From: Octopus bimaculoides
Lineage: Eukaryota
Direction of reading: 5' to 3'
Length of the DNA stretch: 64,000 nucleotides
NCBI RefSeq assembly: GCF_001194135.2
Contig: NC_068982.1
Span: 111,449,156 to 111,513,155, forward strand
How positions within the stretch are numbered: position 1 is the stretch's first letter; the number at the start of each line of letters is the position of its first letter. Shown here in pieces: positions 13,301-26,976 of the stretch. The translations under genes were made by a program, and so were the position numbers. Under the pieces are notes generated by a model. It had not been told where the DNA came from. It saw only the letters and a program-made list of their open reading frames with translations, and searched no databases.

Positions 13301-14008
13301 ATAGAAACTATATGGAAGCCTTTCAGGAATGTGTGTGTGCATGTATGCGTGCATGCATGCATGCAAGAAAACAAAGTGATGTGTCAAAAAAATTACTTTG
13401 TGGTATGTATACTATGTAAGTTGCATTGACACTTCATTGATGACATGAGATGCACTCAGAAATGCAATGAACCAGTGATGAACCCATTTGGAAACCTACA
13501 ACTAATGATGGTATTATTCACAAAATACATGATATAAATAAAGAAGATATCTATACATGATCCTACTATATGTATACAGTTTGAGCTTAATCATGCTACA
13601 TTCTATGAAATCAGTGGTTGCATATTCACAAAAGACTAAATTATTAAACCTTTTATTTTTTTTTTACATCCACATACTGATCAAGAAAAATCTATGCAGA
13701 TCAATACCATTAACTACAATCTTCTTTGTATTATCCTTCATCTTTCATAGTAACCAGATTGAAAGCATCTGCTATTCCCAATACAGAATCTATATTTCCT
13801 GAAATAACATTGTAAATATTGCTGCTTCAGAAAATATATTTACTTATTTCTTCATTACAGAACTATAAACATAACTCTATTCTTTGACAATTTAGAGAGA
13901 ATTAGAATTCTGAACATAGACGGCAGCTCCAGAGTGGCATGGAAATAATGCAACTAAAGTTATAATACCATGTTAGTATAACAATAATATCTAATTATAC
14001 ATATACAC

Positions 14009-14050
<42 letters not shown>

Positions 14051-14159
14051 GGAAAGAGAGAGAGGGGGGATACAAACACAAATATATATATGTACACATA
14101 CACATATATATACTCATGCATGCATATATACATACACAGACACATATATATATATATAT

Positions 14160-14480
14160 ATCATCATCATCGTTTAATGTCCTCTTTCCATGCTAGCATG
14201 GGCTGGACAATTTGACTGAGGACTAGTGAACCAGATGGCGACACCAGGCTCCAATTTGATTTGGCAGAGTTTCTACAGCTGGATACCCTTCCTAATGCCA
14301 AACACTCCGAGAGTGTAGCGGGTGCTTTTATATGCCACCAGCATGAAGACCAGTCAGGCAGTACTGGCAACGGCCAGGCTCAAAATGGTGTATTTTACAT
14401 GCCACCTGCACAGGAGCCAGTCCAGCGGCACTGGCAATGATCTCGCTCGAATGACTTTTCACGTGCCAGGAAAGCAACAC
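14160..14480 (-). mobile_element. RTE-type LINE 3' UTR/tail fragment
   Basis: (CAT)n-CGTTTAATGTCC-CCATGCTAGCATGG...CCCTTCCTAATGCC...GGTGCTTTTA is the reverse complement of the tail at 9950-10110. Shorter copies lie near 9058, 11000, 12990, 20060, 20870 and 24331. Confidence 0.8.
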
Positions 14481-14485
14481 TGGTA

Positions 14486-14539
<54 letters not shown>

Positions 14540-15593
14540 NNNNNNNNNNNNNNNNNNNNNNNNNNNNNNNNNNNNNNNNNNNNNNNNNNNNNNNNNNNNN
14601 NNNNNNNNNNNNNNNNNNNNNNNNNNNNNNNNNNNNNNNNNNNNNNNNNNNNNNGTATTTGCTTTTCACATGAAAACGGCTGTGCAAATTGCTGCAATAC
14701 TTGGGATGCATGAATAATTTGACCTCAGATACATAATAGGGTCATCAATTTATTTTTTTTTATTAAAAATAGATAATATTGCTTTATATATATGATTCAC
14801 TTCTTTAAAAAGGTTTCTCAATGTCAACTTCCGGTATTGATGTAACAATGGTGACATTTTCCATTCTCATTTGCGAAATTTCTCACTCTCTATCTTAATG
14901 TTTTCATTTCAAGTTTTAATTCACTATTTGCAAACAACTACAATAAATTACTGAAAGAAATATTTCCTAAGTTCATAAATTTAAATATTCGGCACAAGAT
15001 AGTTTTTAATGAGCTTTTTTGTTCATTTGATTTTTTCATTTCATATTTATTTCATTCATTGTTTACAATGTTCTTTTCCCCACCCCCATACACACACACT
15101 GTCTCTCTAATATAAACACACACACACACACACCAGGTCTCATTTCGTTATTACACAAATATCACATCTGAATTTTGCAATTCAACATGGAGTGTCCAAA
15201 AAAATATGGATATTCTTTTGCTTGAACCCGCACACTTTATTAACTTCCATAAAAAATTTTTCATTTATTTTCTTTTTGCAGTGTTCAGCTCTATGTATTT
15301 GTAGTCAGTCACACACACACGTGTGTTTTTGTATGTACGTTTGTATGTGTTTGTGTGCGTGAGAGTGAAGGGGCATGTTGTCATGTATATGTACATACAT
15401 AAGTACATATGCATACAACTTTTTTGTATGTATGTGTGCATGTGTGAGAGAGAGAGAGAGAGAGTGATGTCTAAGTGACACTCTCTCTCCCTCTCTCACA
15501 CACACACACACACACATGCATATATACAAAAAAGATATATGCTTATTTATTTATGTATGTACATATACACGACAACACACCCCTTCCCTCGTG

Positions 15594-15628
<35 letters not shown>

Positions 15629-15850
15629 GTCCATTTTAGCTAATGTTTGATATTCTGTGTGTGTGTGTGTGTGTGCGTGCGCGCGCGCATGGAGGCAGCA
15701 TTCCACAATTGACATTTATTTGAATCACTCTTATGAAGATATTCGCATAACTCATTTTTTCATTTAATCTCCATTTTAATTTTCAAAAAAGTTTCCGAAG
15801 ATGTAGATGATCAGTTTTCTACAGTAAAGCAAAGATGAGCACAGGTAGCC

Positions 15851-18181
15851 AGAGTCAATGTTGGATTCTGTAACTCTGTTAACTCTGTTAAGTATGTTTG
15901 CAAATATATAAACAAAAGTTTAGATGCTGCAACATACACTCTTATGCAGAATGGCAGTCAGCAGATAAATAAAAATGACAAAGTTGCACAATATGACAGA
16001 GGAAGATACATCAGTACCAATGAGGCTTTTTGGCACATCTGCAATTTTCCCATTCATAGGAGGCACCCAGCCATCATTCATCTGAGTGTCCATCAAGAGA
16101 ATGGTCACAGGGTTATCTTTACAAAACAAACAGCCTTGCAACATGCACTTTCTCCTAAAGAAACTACCCTTACCGCCTTTTTTAAGCTGGGGCAAGTAGA
16201 TGAAGATGCAAGAAAACGCCTTTACCCACAATTACCCAAGTATTACACCTGGAGAAACAATCAATAGCACAAGAGGAAATGCGGAGCTGATACTCTTGCC
16301 AGAGTTTACAGTGTCCACCCAAGTCAAGCAGAATGCTACTACTTACAGCTCCTTTTGCATGAAGTATGTGGTCCCAAATCATTCAAAGATTCGAGGAGGG
16401 TAAATGGTCAAGTGTGTATATAAGTAAATGGTCAACTTATAGGGAAGCATGCTATCAACAAGGTTTTTTTAGAAAATGATGAGCATTGGGACCTTGCATT
16501 GACTGAAGTATCAGATTCTCCAAGGAAACTCCATAACCTTTTTGCAATTATACTGAACATGTGTCAACTTTGCAGTCCCTTACAGCTTTGGATGAAACAT
16601 CATGAGGACACAGCTGAGGACTTAAAATATGCAATTCAACAGGCAAACCCAAAAATCAATATTCAATTCTCTGAAACAATTTTTAACTAAGCACTGATTG
16701 AAATTGAGGATCAAGTTTTGGCTATGGGAGGCAAAATTCTGCAAGAGTCTGACTCAGGACTGCCAAAAACAAATTGTCAAATTAATGATTTAACACATAG
16801 CAAGAGAGACAAATTATGACATCACAGAGTTGGCTGCATTTGTGAATGAACATGAACCTAAACTTCTTCCAGAACAATGCTGTGCATATGATAAAATTAT
16901 TTTGTCAGTCAGAGACAAAAGCAGAGGAATTTTCTCTTTTGATGCTCCTGGTGGCACAGGTAAAACATTTGTAACAACATTGCTTCTCTCCAAGGCAAGG
17001 CAACAAAAAAGAATTGCAGTTGTTGTAGCATCATCTGGCTTTGCTGTCACCATTCTCCTGCTTTTAAATTACCACTAAACCTGGTCACAAGTGACAGTCC
17101 GATTTGTAACATAAGCAAAGGTTCAGATTCAGCAGAAGTGTTGTGCCAATGCCACCTGATCATTTGGGATGAATGCACCATGTCACATAGAGGTGCAACA
17201 GAAGTTTTTGATAAGACCTTATAGGACATAAGAAGGAACAATAAATTTATAGGAGGAGTTACATTAGTTTTATCAGGAGACTTCAGATAGACATTACCAG
17301 CCATTCCGAGATGAACAAGATCTGATGAAATAAAAGCATCCATTAAGTCTTCACACCTATGGAATAAAGTACAGAAATTCTCCTTTAATACTAGCATGCA
17401 AGCTTTATTACATGGGGACCAATGTGCAAAGCAGTTTTCAACCTGGCTCCTCCAATTAGGAAATGGGAAAGTACCATTTAATGGGAATAGTGATATCAAT
17501 TTGGCTCATATTACTATCATGGTGAATTTCCCAGCTGAACTGTATTTCCAGACTTAAGTAATTATTATAACTCACATAAATGATTGTGTGAAAGGACAAT
17601 TCTTACTCAAAAAAATGAGACAGTAGCAAGGATTAACCATGAATTAATAAGATTTCCACAGTCACTAAGGAGTACAAATCAGTTGATTCAGTCCTTGATG
17701 AAAATCAAGCTGTCCATTACCCAACAGAGTTCCTTAATTCTCTGTAGCCACCTTGAACCCCTCCACAAACTTTTTCTGAAGGTAGGAGTCCTAATAATGC
17801 TTCTAAGAAATTTAGATCCTCCTAAATTATGCAATTGGACAAGGCTGGTTGTGATGACATTATCACCTTATGTGTTAGAAGCTACCATCATGACTGGATG
17901 TGCCTCATGGAAAGAGGTTTTCATACTAAGAATGCCAATCAAACCAACAGACATTTGAGTTCAAACAAACAGAATTCCCAGTGCAAATTTGCTATGCAAT
18001 GTGTATTAATAAAGCTCAAGGTCAGACTTTGAAATCTGCTGGCTTGCACTTCATTGAGCCTTGCTTTTCTCATGGTCAACTTTATGTTGGTTGCTCCAGG
18101 GTTGGTAGTTTGCAAATCTTATTTGTCTATTCTCCAAACCAGAAAATAAAGAACGTTGTTTATCCAGAAGCTCTTATATAA
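15851..18181 (+). pseudogene. Helitron RepHel, C-terminal half (Rep motif 3 plus PIF1-like helicase), frameshifted
   Basis: RVNVGFCNSVNSVKYVCKYINKS (YxxKY tyrosines); GRYISTNEAFW; Walker A DAPGGTGKTF; LIIWDECTM; SGDFR*TLP; IMLLRNLDPPKLCNWTRL; CINKAQGQTL...FSHGQLYVGCSRV; ends VVYPEALI*. Many stops and frameshifts. Confidence 0.93.
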
Positions 18182-18347
18182 TTTCCTTCAACAAATGTGA
18201 CAGAATTTATCTCCTTTCATAAAAGCGGTAAATTTTGATGTTAAAAAATAAATTTCTACACCCAATGCAATCCTCTCTTCCTTCCCCAACAACAATAAAA
18301 AAGATCACAAGTTCGGGACTCAATTAATCAACAAAGGAAGAGTCAGC

Positions 18348-19720
18348 AAGGCCAATGGAGCACTCCTCCTTACCAGGTGTACCGAACACAATCTGGTGAT
18401 TACGAACAAAGTTTTCTTAGTAAAATAGGAATAAAATCTGACAGTTTCAATACTCTGAATACTGACATCTCATTAACTATCATTGTACTACCTTGGGATC
18501 AATTGTAAACAAGAACTGTTACTGGTGCCATTGAGTGCTTGATAGACCATCATCCAGTTTTGTCCAACATGAAAGATTCAGCTCATAAGATCAAATTTAG
18601 AACATGCCAGAAATTTAAGCTTGACATTCTTCAACAGAGCAACAAAGATTTCAAAAACAAATGCTTCTACATATCCTACCAAACATAGAACACTGGAAAT
18701 CAACTAAAGAACATTATCATCATGTCTTGCAAGGAAACAATTGGATTCAAGAAAATAAAACACAGAACTGATTCAATGATAATGACTAATAACTCATCAT
18801 CAAAAAGAGAAAAATTTGCATTGCTTTACAAAATGGCCAACAATCAGCTAGCTTAAGGAAATGCTTTACTGTTGAGAAAATTACTCAAAGCCTGAAAAAC
18901 CCTATTTTCCATATTTTGTATACCACCTCTCTTCCTATGTTAATGTGCTGTAAGAGGACAGGTTTTGGGTGTCTCCAGTCATGACTGAAAAGGTTTGGTG
19001 AAACATCAACTAAGGAAGATCAGCAACTTTTGGAGTCAACAGATGTACAAAATTAGAAGAGAAAAAAAAAGAAAAAAGAACCAAAAACCAAAACTTGATC
19101 TTACTATATAGAGTTACCTGTCCTTAATGCAGAAAAACTTTCAAAAATTGGAGTCATAAACCACCTAACATAAATAGATTTTAAAAAATGAAGACCAATA
19201 ACTTTAAAGACTAGTCACAACACATTCGCACACATACATATACTATATGTATACATTATGTGCAACAACACCATCATATGCATAAATAAATACATTATAA
19301 ACATATATACATGCATGCATATTTGAAGTTTGAAAAATAGAGAGATGTTGTGCTACCAATTTTGTATGCCAGTAAAAAGTGGATGTTTATAGCAGGCATG
19401 CCACAAAGTTCAAATGTTTCCACCTGCATGCCTGCACAAAATGCAGGACATTCATTGGCAGGACAAAGTCCACAACGCAGGTCCTCAATTGTATACTACC
19501 CAGTATCTAAGTACTATACTACCCAGTATCTAAGTACCCCCATCCTAAGCAGAGCCTAGCTGCACTGATCTGGTGATATTGCCAGAATACATTCCAAAAT
19601 GTCTTTCCTTCAGCAAGTTGGGTGGTAGGAATATTCAGTTACTGAATGGTGAAAACACTACAAGGACACTTCCAAGTTTTCTCTAAGATTTTAGTCTCAA
19701 TCCTGTGATGGACAAGACTT
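18348..19720 (+). mobile_element. RTE-clade LINE relic (endonuclease end and post-RT C-terminal region)
   Basis: 18348-18419 reads KANGALLLTRCTEHNLVITNKVF, then *HLINY and GAIECLIDHHPV (APE endonuclease end). 19350-19600 reads LPILYASKKW / YSRHATKFKCFHL / IHWQDKVHN. RT core not recognisable. Confidence 0.7.
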
Positions 19721-20433
19721 GCTACTGAGAGATCTACCCAATGCAATCAAGGATTAGTCAAACTGAACACAAGAGTAAGCTACAAATGTCTATTAGTATA
19801 TTAGCAATGATTTTCAGCTGCACTTGTCTAACATACAACAGAATGTTTTGAGACAGTACTGGACTTGACAGCCATTCTCAGACACATCACTGAAGTCAGC
19901 AAATATGTGAGATGTCATGGCTATCACCCATTTTATTTATTTGATATATATATATATATATACACACACATATGTATATATACACGTATGTATGTATGTA
20001 TGTATGTATGCATGCATATGTCCACTTTTTCATGTTTGCATGAGTCAGACTGAGTTTGTTGATGCAGATTTTCTGTCCAGCTGCTCTTCCTGTCACCAAC
20101 CATCGCCTGTTTTCAAGTGAGTAATATTTCCTCATAGCTGAACATCTTTCACAGAAGAATGAAACCAAAGGACATCACTTATATGATGTTAATGCTCGCT
20201 TTACAACAATCATGCAATGTCAAGGCAAAGAGACACAAACACCTATATGACAGTTTTCTTTCAGTTTCCATTTGCTCACAAGGCTTTAGTCAGCTTAGGA
20301 CTAGAGTAGAAGGCATTTGTTCATGATACCAGGAAGTGAAGTTGAACCTGAAATGGTGTGGCTGAGGAGCAAACTTAACCACACAATCTTGATGCTCCTC
20401 ATCTCCTAATATAATGGGCATAGTATTTGTATG

Positions 20434-20504
<71 letters not shown>

Positions 20505-23500
20505 AATATATGAGTATATGCATATATATGTACATGTATGTATATACGTTCATCTACATGTACATATAGATACATAACTGGGTACATGACGTGGCATATA
20601 TATATTTGTCAAGAATCATGTCAGACATGGAGGAGGAGAGAAAGAGTGAGTGAGAGAAAGTAATAGCAATGAGAGAAAGGAAGGGGTGATAGATGAATAA
20701 GGAAGGGATGAAAAAAAAATCAGTGTTTCAACTCTGTGTGTGTGTACAAGGGAAGTATGTGAATGTTTGTATGTGTGATTATTATGTAACTTATTTTGAA
20801 CATTATTTATATATAAGATACTACAATTAGCCGTCATTATTGATGGCACGTGGTCAGCTAGTATATATATAAATTTTAACATCCACTTTTCTGTGCTTGT
20901 ATAGGCTGGATGGAGTTTACTGAGGCAGATTTTCAACAGCTGGGTGTCCTTTTGTTGTTGAACTCTAGTTGTTTCTCCATGGCCTGACATATTTTCATGG
21001 AATATTGGAAATGAATAACATAGCTTGCATGACAGTGCCTCTCATCTACAACTATCACACAACATCAAGACAAGGAGGCACAAACACACACACACCCATA
21101 TACACGTACACATATACAGCAGGCTTTTAGTTTCCAGCAACCAAGGCCTGAAGCTATAGTAGAAGACACTTGCCCAAGGTTCCACATATGCATATATGTG
21201 TGGAACATGAAAAAAACTTGTACAAGAATTACTGAACAATATTTTAGCAGTTGAATTCTGTTAAAACTGGATAATGGATCTCAGACATGTGAAACATTCC
21301 ATTTATTAAATGCCTCACTGAAAATAGTGGGAATAGATATTTTACTTTTTGGAGAATCAAAATATGAAAACAAATGTTTGTATGCAGCAATACTGAGAAG
21401 ATCTAAAGATGGTAGTTATCAATTGGACCAGACACTATACCAAAAACTGACCATAATAATCAGCATGTCTTTTACAATGATGAAATTAAAGTTTTGTTTC
21501 TCTAATGTTCTCAGAAGGTCCAGTCCAAAATGCTACAATTTTCTTCTCTACATGGCAGATGAACTCATTTCCTTTTGTGAACTTTTCTGAAGAGCAGAGT
21601 CTTTGACAAAAGAGAATTGTAGAATGAACATACAAAACAATGGTTGACAGGTTTTCATTAAAGTGGGCTGGCATTATTCATGCTGTCGCCATCTATCCTG
21701 TAAGTGGTCCTTAGAATCAACTTAAAATGGTATCATAATGCTTACAGAAGTGTTTTATGTCAGACTTGAATGACATATTTAGCAGAATAAGTATCAATAC
21801 ACTCTAATTTGAAGAATATATTAATTTCATGATATGATGATGATGTTGAAAAATAACAACTGAAATTTTATTAATACAGAAAGTCATTGACTATATTCAT
21901 AGATTTCTATTGTCCAATGTAAATCACTACAGTTTGGTTACCAGCAGTCACTATATTTTGATCTCTTTTTAGTTATCCGTTCTTATCATGTATCTTCTTT
22001 GTTGAAAGCTATACTTAATGGATTTAATTTAAACATTCAAACTTTTCGGATCATTTTCCAACCTTTCACTTAGCTTAACAACACCATCTGGCCCTTGGGT
22101 GCCTTCAGTGAAATTCACACTGCAGCAAGCTTTCAGACAAAGTTTTCAGTTTGAAAATAATCCCATCCTTTTTCCTAAACAGTGTCTTTAGGCCCCAAGC
22201 TATTACAAAAACTTCTTTTAAAAAAATCTCAAGTGCAAACCATTTTTTTGTTAACTCAGCCACTTTATGCAATACAGTGAAATTTCATTGTACAATTGCA
22301 TTACAATAAACATACAATATGTATAATTTTAACATACAATCATAATTCCATGAATAATATCCTACCTAAAAACAAGAGCTTACTTATCTAACTCCTTAAC
22401 TAAAATCTCTGAGTCAACAAGTCTCAATGCAATCATTCAACCTACTTGAAATCATTCCCGATCACCTCACAGATTTATATAGTCCTAGAAACAGTGCATC
22501 TAAAAAATAAAATGATTGTCTATAAGTGGAATGCTTGAGTGAAGGTCTCCTGGATCAGAGCTGACCCAGAGCTGAACAAAAACAACTCAACCTCTACCCT
22601 AATCAAAGATCTGTTCATGCAAGCATGGAACATGAACATTACTTTCATAAATATTGTTCAAAGTCATTCACAGCTTGTTACATGCTCACTTAAGAACATA
22701 TGATGTAGCAACGTAGGGATTTATCAATATGGTCAGAAGACCTGTACCATACAAAGACTGTGATGCCAAAACTATTATTCAGGTTGTTACACTGTTTGAA
22801 AATCAAATTACATCTCTGCTTTCCCAAAATTCTTATTTCTGTTTCTAAGGTCTAAAATTTCAGACTTTAAGCTATGTCTTCTTTTGGTAAATGACAAATG
22901 TCTTAACAGCAGCATTCTTTAGATGTAGTTCATAAATCATGAGGTCACTTCAAATAGTCAGAAAGAAAAGCTGTTGTTTTATGTTAATATAAGCTTGATT
23001 GTTGTTTTTAGTCATAACAGTGCACAATGCCAACAAAGTGAAATAACAGAAAAAGGATATATCAAGTGGTGAGAAAATTGATAAAGCCACAAAGGCAAAA
23101 CAATACGTATTTTCTACCATCTATGAAGAAGACTGGCAAAATACATCATGATGCTGGCCAGAATATACTATTGACCTACAAAAGGTATGGAAACATATCA
23201 GCTTTCAACTGTTTGTTTGATCCTCAAAACAAGGATGAACAGGTATTTCAGATATTAAAACAACTATTCCACTTCTTTTTTCAAGAATAAAACATACACA
23301 CATATACACTCACAAGTATATACACTTGAAAAAGATGAGAAATCTCTTTATAGAATTTGCTGGTATGGGACATATAATTCATACAAAGGATGATAGTTGG
23401 GTGGAAAAGATCTAAATGGAAGAATCTTACTGAAAAGGTAGATGTGGGAAGAACTGATGAAAATGGATTTCAAAATACTGAACCACAGAAAAGATATTAC

Positions 23501-24541
23501 AAGGGACAACAAGCATTTGAGACACTGTGCGGCATAAAACTCATCCAACCCATACAAGCAAGGAAAAACATGTAAAATGATAATGATGCCTACTATACAA
23601 GCAATTTAATTAACTCTTCAGCAAAGAGGATCCCATTGATTCACAGAAGCACAACTAAAGACTTTAGTGATATAAACCACTCAACAATTTTAGAGGTGCT
23701 TCTGCTTACAGCAGCCAAATTGTTTCTATGTGATGCCAATTTACAGCTAGGTAAACTGGGAGTTAAAAGAGAGAGTTAAGTGTCTTAACCACAGGTACAG
23801 TGGAGGATATGACCCTCTGGATTTTCTTCCCCAATAAACTATCAATGACAATCAGCAGCTCCCATTAAAAAATACCTATCACCACTTTACAAACTGCTGA
23901 AGAAAATTAAGTTCAGGAAGGTAAATAGCACGTAATAGTATAGGATGGAAGAATGTGGGGTATAGTAGTATAAAGGGAGGCAAGAAGTATAATGAAGTTA
24001 GGATAGTATAGTATAGGAGTTGTGATAGTCTAAAAAAGGCAATAAGTGTTCAAAATGTGATCATTGAGAAGAAATTATGCACATATCTAAGGATAGTTAT
24101 TTATGTTAGGCATAACATTTATAATGTGACAATTCTCATACTTCAGTGCATTTGAATGATGATTTTAGTGATAAGGTTTCCTGAAGTCTATATTCAAATA
24201 TCTTTAATATCTTATTAGAGTAATGTTAAAATCACACAGTACATATTTTTACTTTGTCAATGGCATCGGTAATATAACTGATAATAACAATGAATGAAGT
24301 AAATAATTTCTAGGTTTTATGGCATGTAAGTCATCATAATCAGCAGCATCACGTCTGCTTTTCATGCTGGCATGGATTGGACAGTTTCAGCAAGCTGCAG
24401 GGCTGTTTCAAGTCCCAATGTCAGCTTTGGCATGGTTTCTACAGATGGATGCCCCTCCTAATAACCACATTACAGAGCAAATCAGTCCAACCCATGCCAG
24501 CATGGAAAACGGACGTTAAACGATGATGATGATGATGATAT

Positions 24542-24590
<49 letters not shown>

Positions 24591-24928
24591 TTTTTGTGTG
24601 TGTGTGTGTGCATATGTTCTTTATGCATTCAAAAACTGAGTTGCCGATTTTGACGTATGAGGTATCAAAAGATTCAGTAATCTTTCAGCTACCAAATAAA
24701 CTTTATTTTCATTTACATATTTTCTACGTTACCTCAACAACCAGCTATAGTTATTTGAAAGACACTGCTCTACAATGATCAGGTTCCATTGGAAAGTGAA
24801 AATAGTTTCACACTTTCAATTTGAACCAAAATTACAGTGTTGCATTACATGAGTGATGATGTGTGAATAATGAAAGAAATTTTTCTCCAAATTAGTCACA
24901 TTTGCATTACAATAAAGAAAGCTGCTTA

Positions 24929-26813
24929 TCATCTATCTATATATATAAAGGCTACCAAATAAACTGTTTTTGACACAACTCTTTTTTACTACTAAAATAA
25001 CCTCAGAAACAAGGTTGGGTCACACAATTTTGAGGTCATTTCCAGGCAATATTTCAATTTGCTTCTAATGTTTCACTTTCATTTGATGTTTCACGCATGT
25101 GTAGAACTCTACTGAGACAAACATTTATGAAAATGTATACATAAATATTGTATTAAAATAAGCCACAACCAAAAAAATTTCATTAAAAGACATCCATTTC
25201 TCTATATGATTTGAGGAAATATAGTCACTCACTCTCTCTCGCACACGCACACATACATACAAAAAAAGATGTATGCATATATATTTACACACATGTATAT
25301 GAAAGATAGTGTGTGTATGTGTGTGTGAGAGAGAGAGGGACAGGGGAAGAGAGAGCAAGTGTCACACATACATGCAAAAAATACAACACACACCTTCACT
25401 TGCTCTCTCTCTCTCTCTCTCTCTCTCACGCGCACACACATCCATTTCATATACACGTACATACAAGTTTCACTTTCTCCTTTCACTTCAAAGCAAATGT
25501 TGCTTTTTCACTTTCTCCTCTCTTCAAAGCATAAAGAAATGAAAAATTTTTACAGAAATTAACAATCATATGATCTCATATGATTGAGTTGACAACTTTG
25601 CTGCTTCAAACGAAAGAATGCCATAAAATAACTCCCTCTGATATGCGCATGTGCTAAAACTTCAATATGAATTGTCATTTCTTGCAGTGTGCATACGCAA
25701 AATTACAGCTCAAATCCAATTGAAATGACCTTTCTATTCTGTAATTTGTGTTTGTGATGAGTGTATTTAAAAACCTGATATTTCATATAAACTTAAAGAA
25801 GTTTTCCCACAAATCCTGTCCTTCACCTGTTGTTCTTAGCATGTCTGAGGTGACATTTGCACCCCACCTTCCTTATTTTTTACCTAAATTTCCTATGTTT
25901 TCAATACAGGGGATTAGGACTTCACCCAAAAAACACTTTCTCAATATTTTAATGTTCTCCATCCCCACCCCCAATTTCCTCATTTTTTTTTTTTACATTT
26001 TTTAAACTTTTTTTCTTGGTAACCCACAGAGAAAAAAAAAAGAGAGAGTACAAATCTTTAAGAATTTACTTCTTCCTTTTTTCTTAAGAAACACTATAAT
26101 CTCCATCCCAAACATCCACCCATCACCTCACCACTTTTAAAAAAAGCTACAAACTCCCAATGTTTCACTTTTAGCTTTTTGGAAAGCAGGGAAGTTTCTT
26201 CAGAAATAATGTCATTGTTTCTAGCATGTCAAGTTATCTGTTGGTGGTCTGGTATTTTTCACGTCTGCTATTTAGTACAATTCTACACATGCATGAAACA
26301 TCAGACAAAAGTGAAACATTGGGAGATTTTAGCTTTTCAAAAGTGGGTAGGTGATGGGTGGGTGAGGTGGAGAAAGGGGAACTAAGTGTTTCTTTAAGAA
26401 AAATTGAACTTAAAATATATATATATTTCTCAGATTCGTAATCTGTATTTTTCTACATCGATAAAAAAAAAAATTCAAAAAAAAAATACAAATTAAGAAA
26501 TTATGGTGAGGACGGGGGGGGGAGTAAAATTTTGGAAACTTGATTTCTGGGCAAAATCATATTAACCCCCTTTCTATGATGAAACAATACATAGTCTGTG
26601 ATCCTTCTTAAGAACGAAAGCACTTTTATACAAACCCATGCAAGTTGTGCCCTCCCCACCCTTCACTTTTAAACAAACAATAACTTTCATTATTACATCA
26701 GTAATCCAGTTCACTATATATCAGCTGTGCTGATTCTGCTCATAAGAAAGGAACAAATAATACTATGTGGCTGTAAGTCATAATACCTGGGTAACGCCGG
26801 GATGCATTACTAG
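24929..26813 (+). mobile_element. Non-autonomous Helitron with intact termini (~1.9 kb)
   Basis: 5' A|TCATCTATCTATATATATAAAG (the start could alternatively be 24932); 3' hairpin CCTGG-GTAACG-CCGGG (26786-26801), 8-nt spacer, CTAG|T. No TSD and no coding remnant. Confidence 0.75.
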
Positions 26814-26945
26814 TAAATACATACATACATATGTTTCTTAGTATCCACTTATTTTTTTCCATGCTCGCAATGGCTTGGGCAGCTCTCTCGGTATCTTGCC
26901 TCTTATCAGTCTTTTGTCATCTGGCAAACACAGCAAGATTTTTTT

Positions 26946-26976
<31 letters not shown>

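Noticed and set aside
19492-19537. 23-bp exact tandem duplication TATACTACCCAGTATCTAAGTAC
   Set aside because: Ordinary slippage duplication inside a dead LINE.
23066-23575. Two adjacent 61-74 aa plus-strand ORFs with protein-like composition
   Set aside because: No recognisable motif, antisense to dynamin, and of a length expected by chance.
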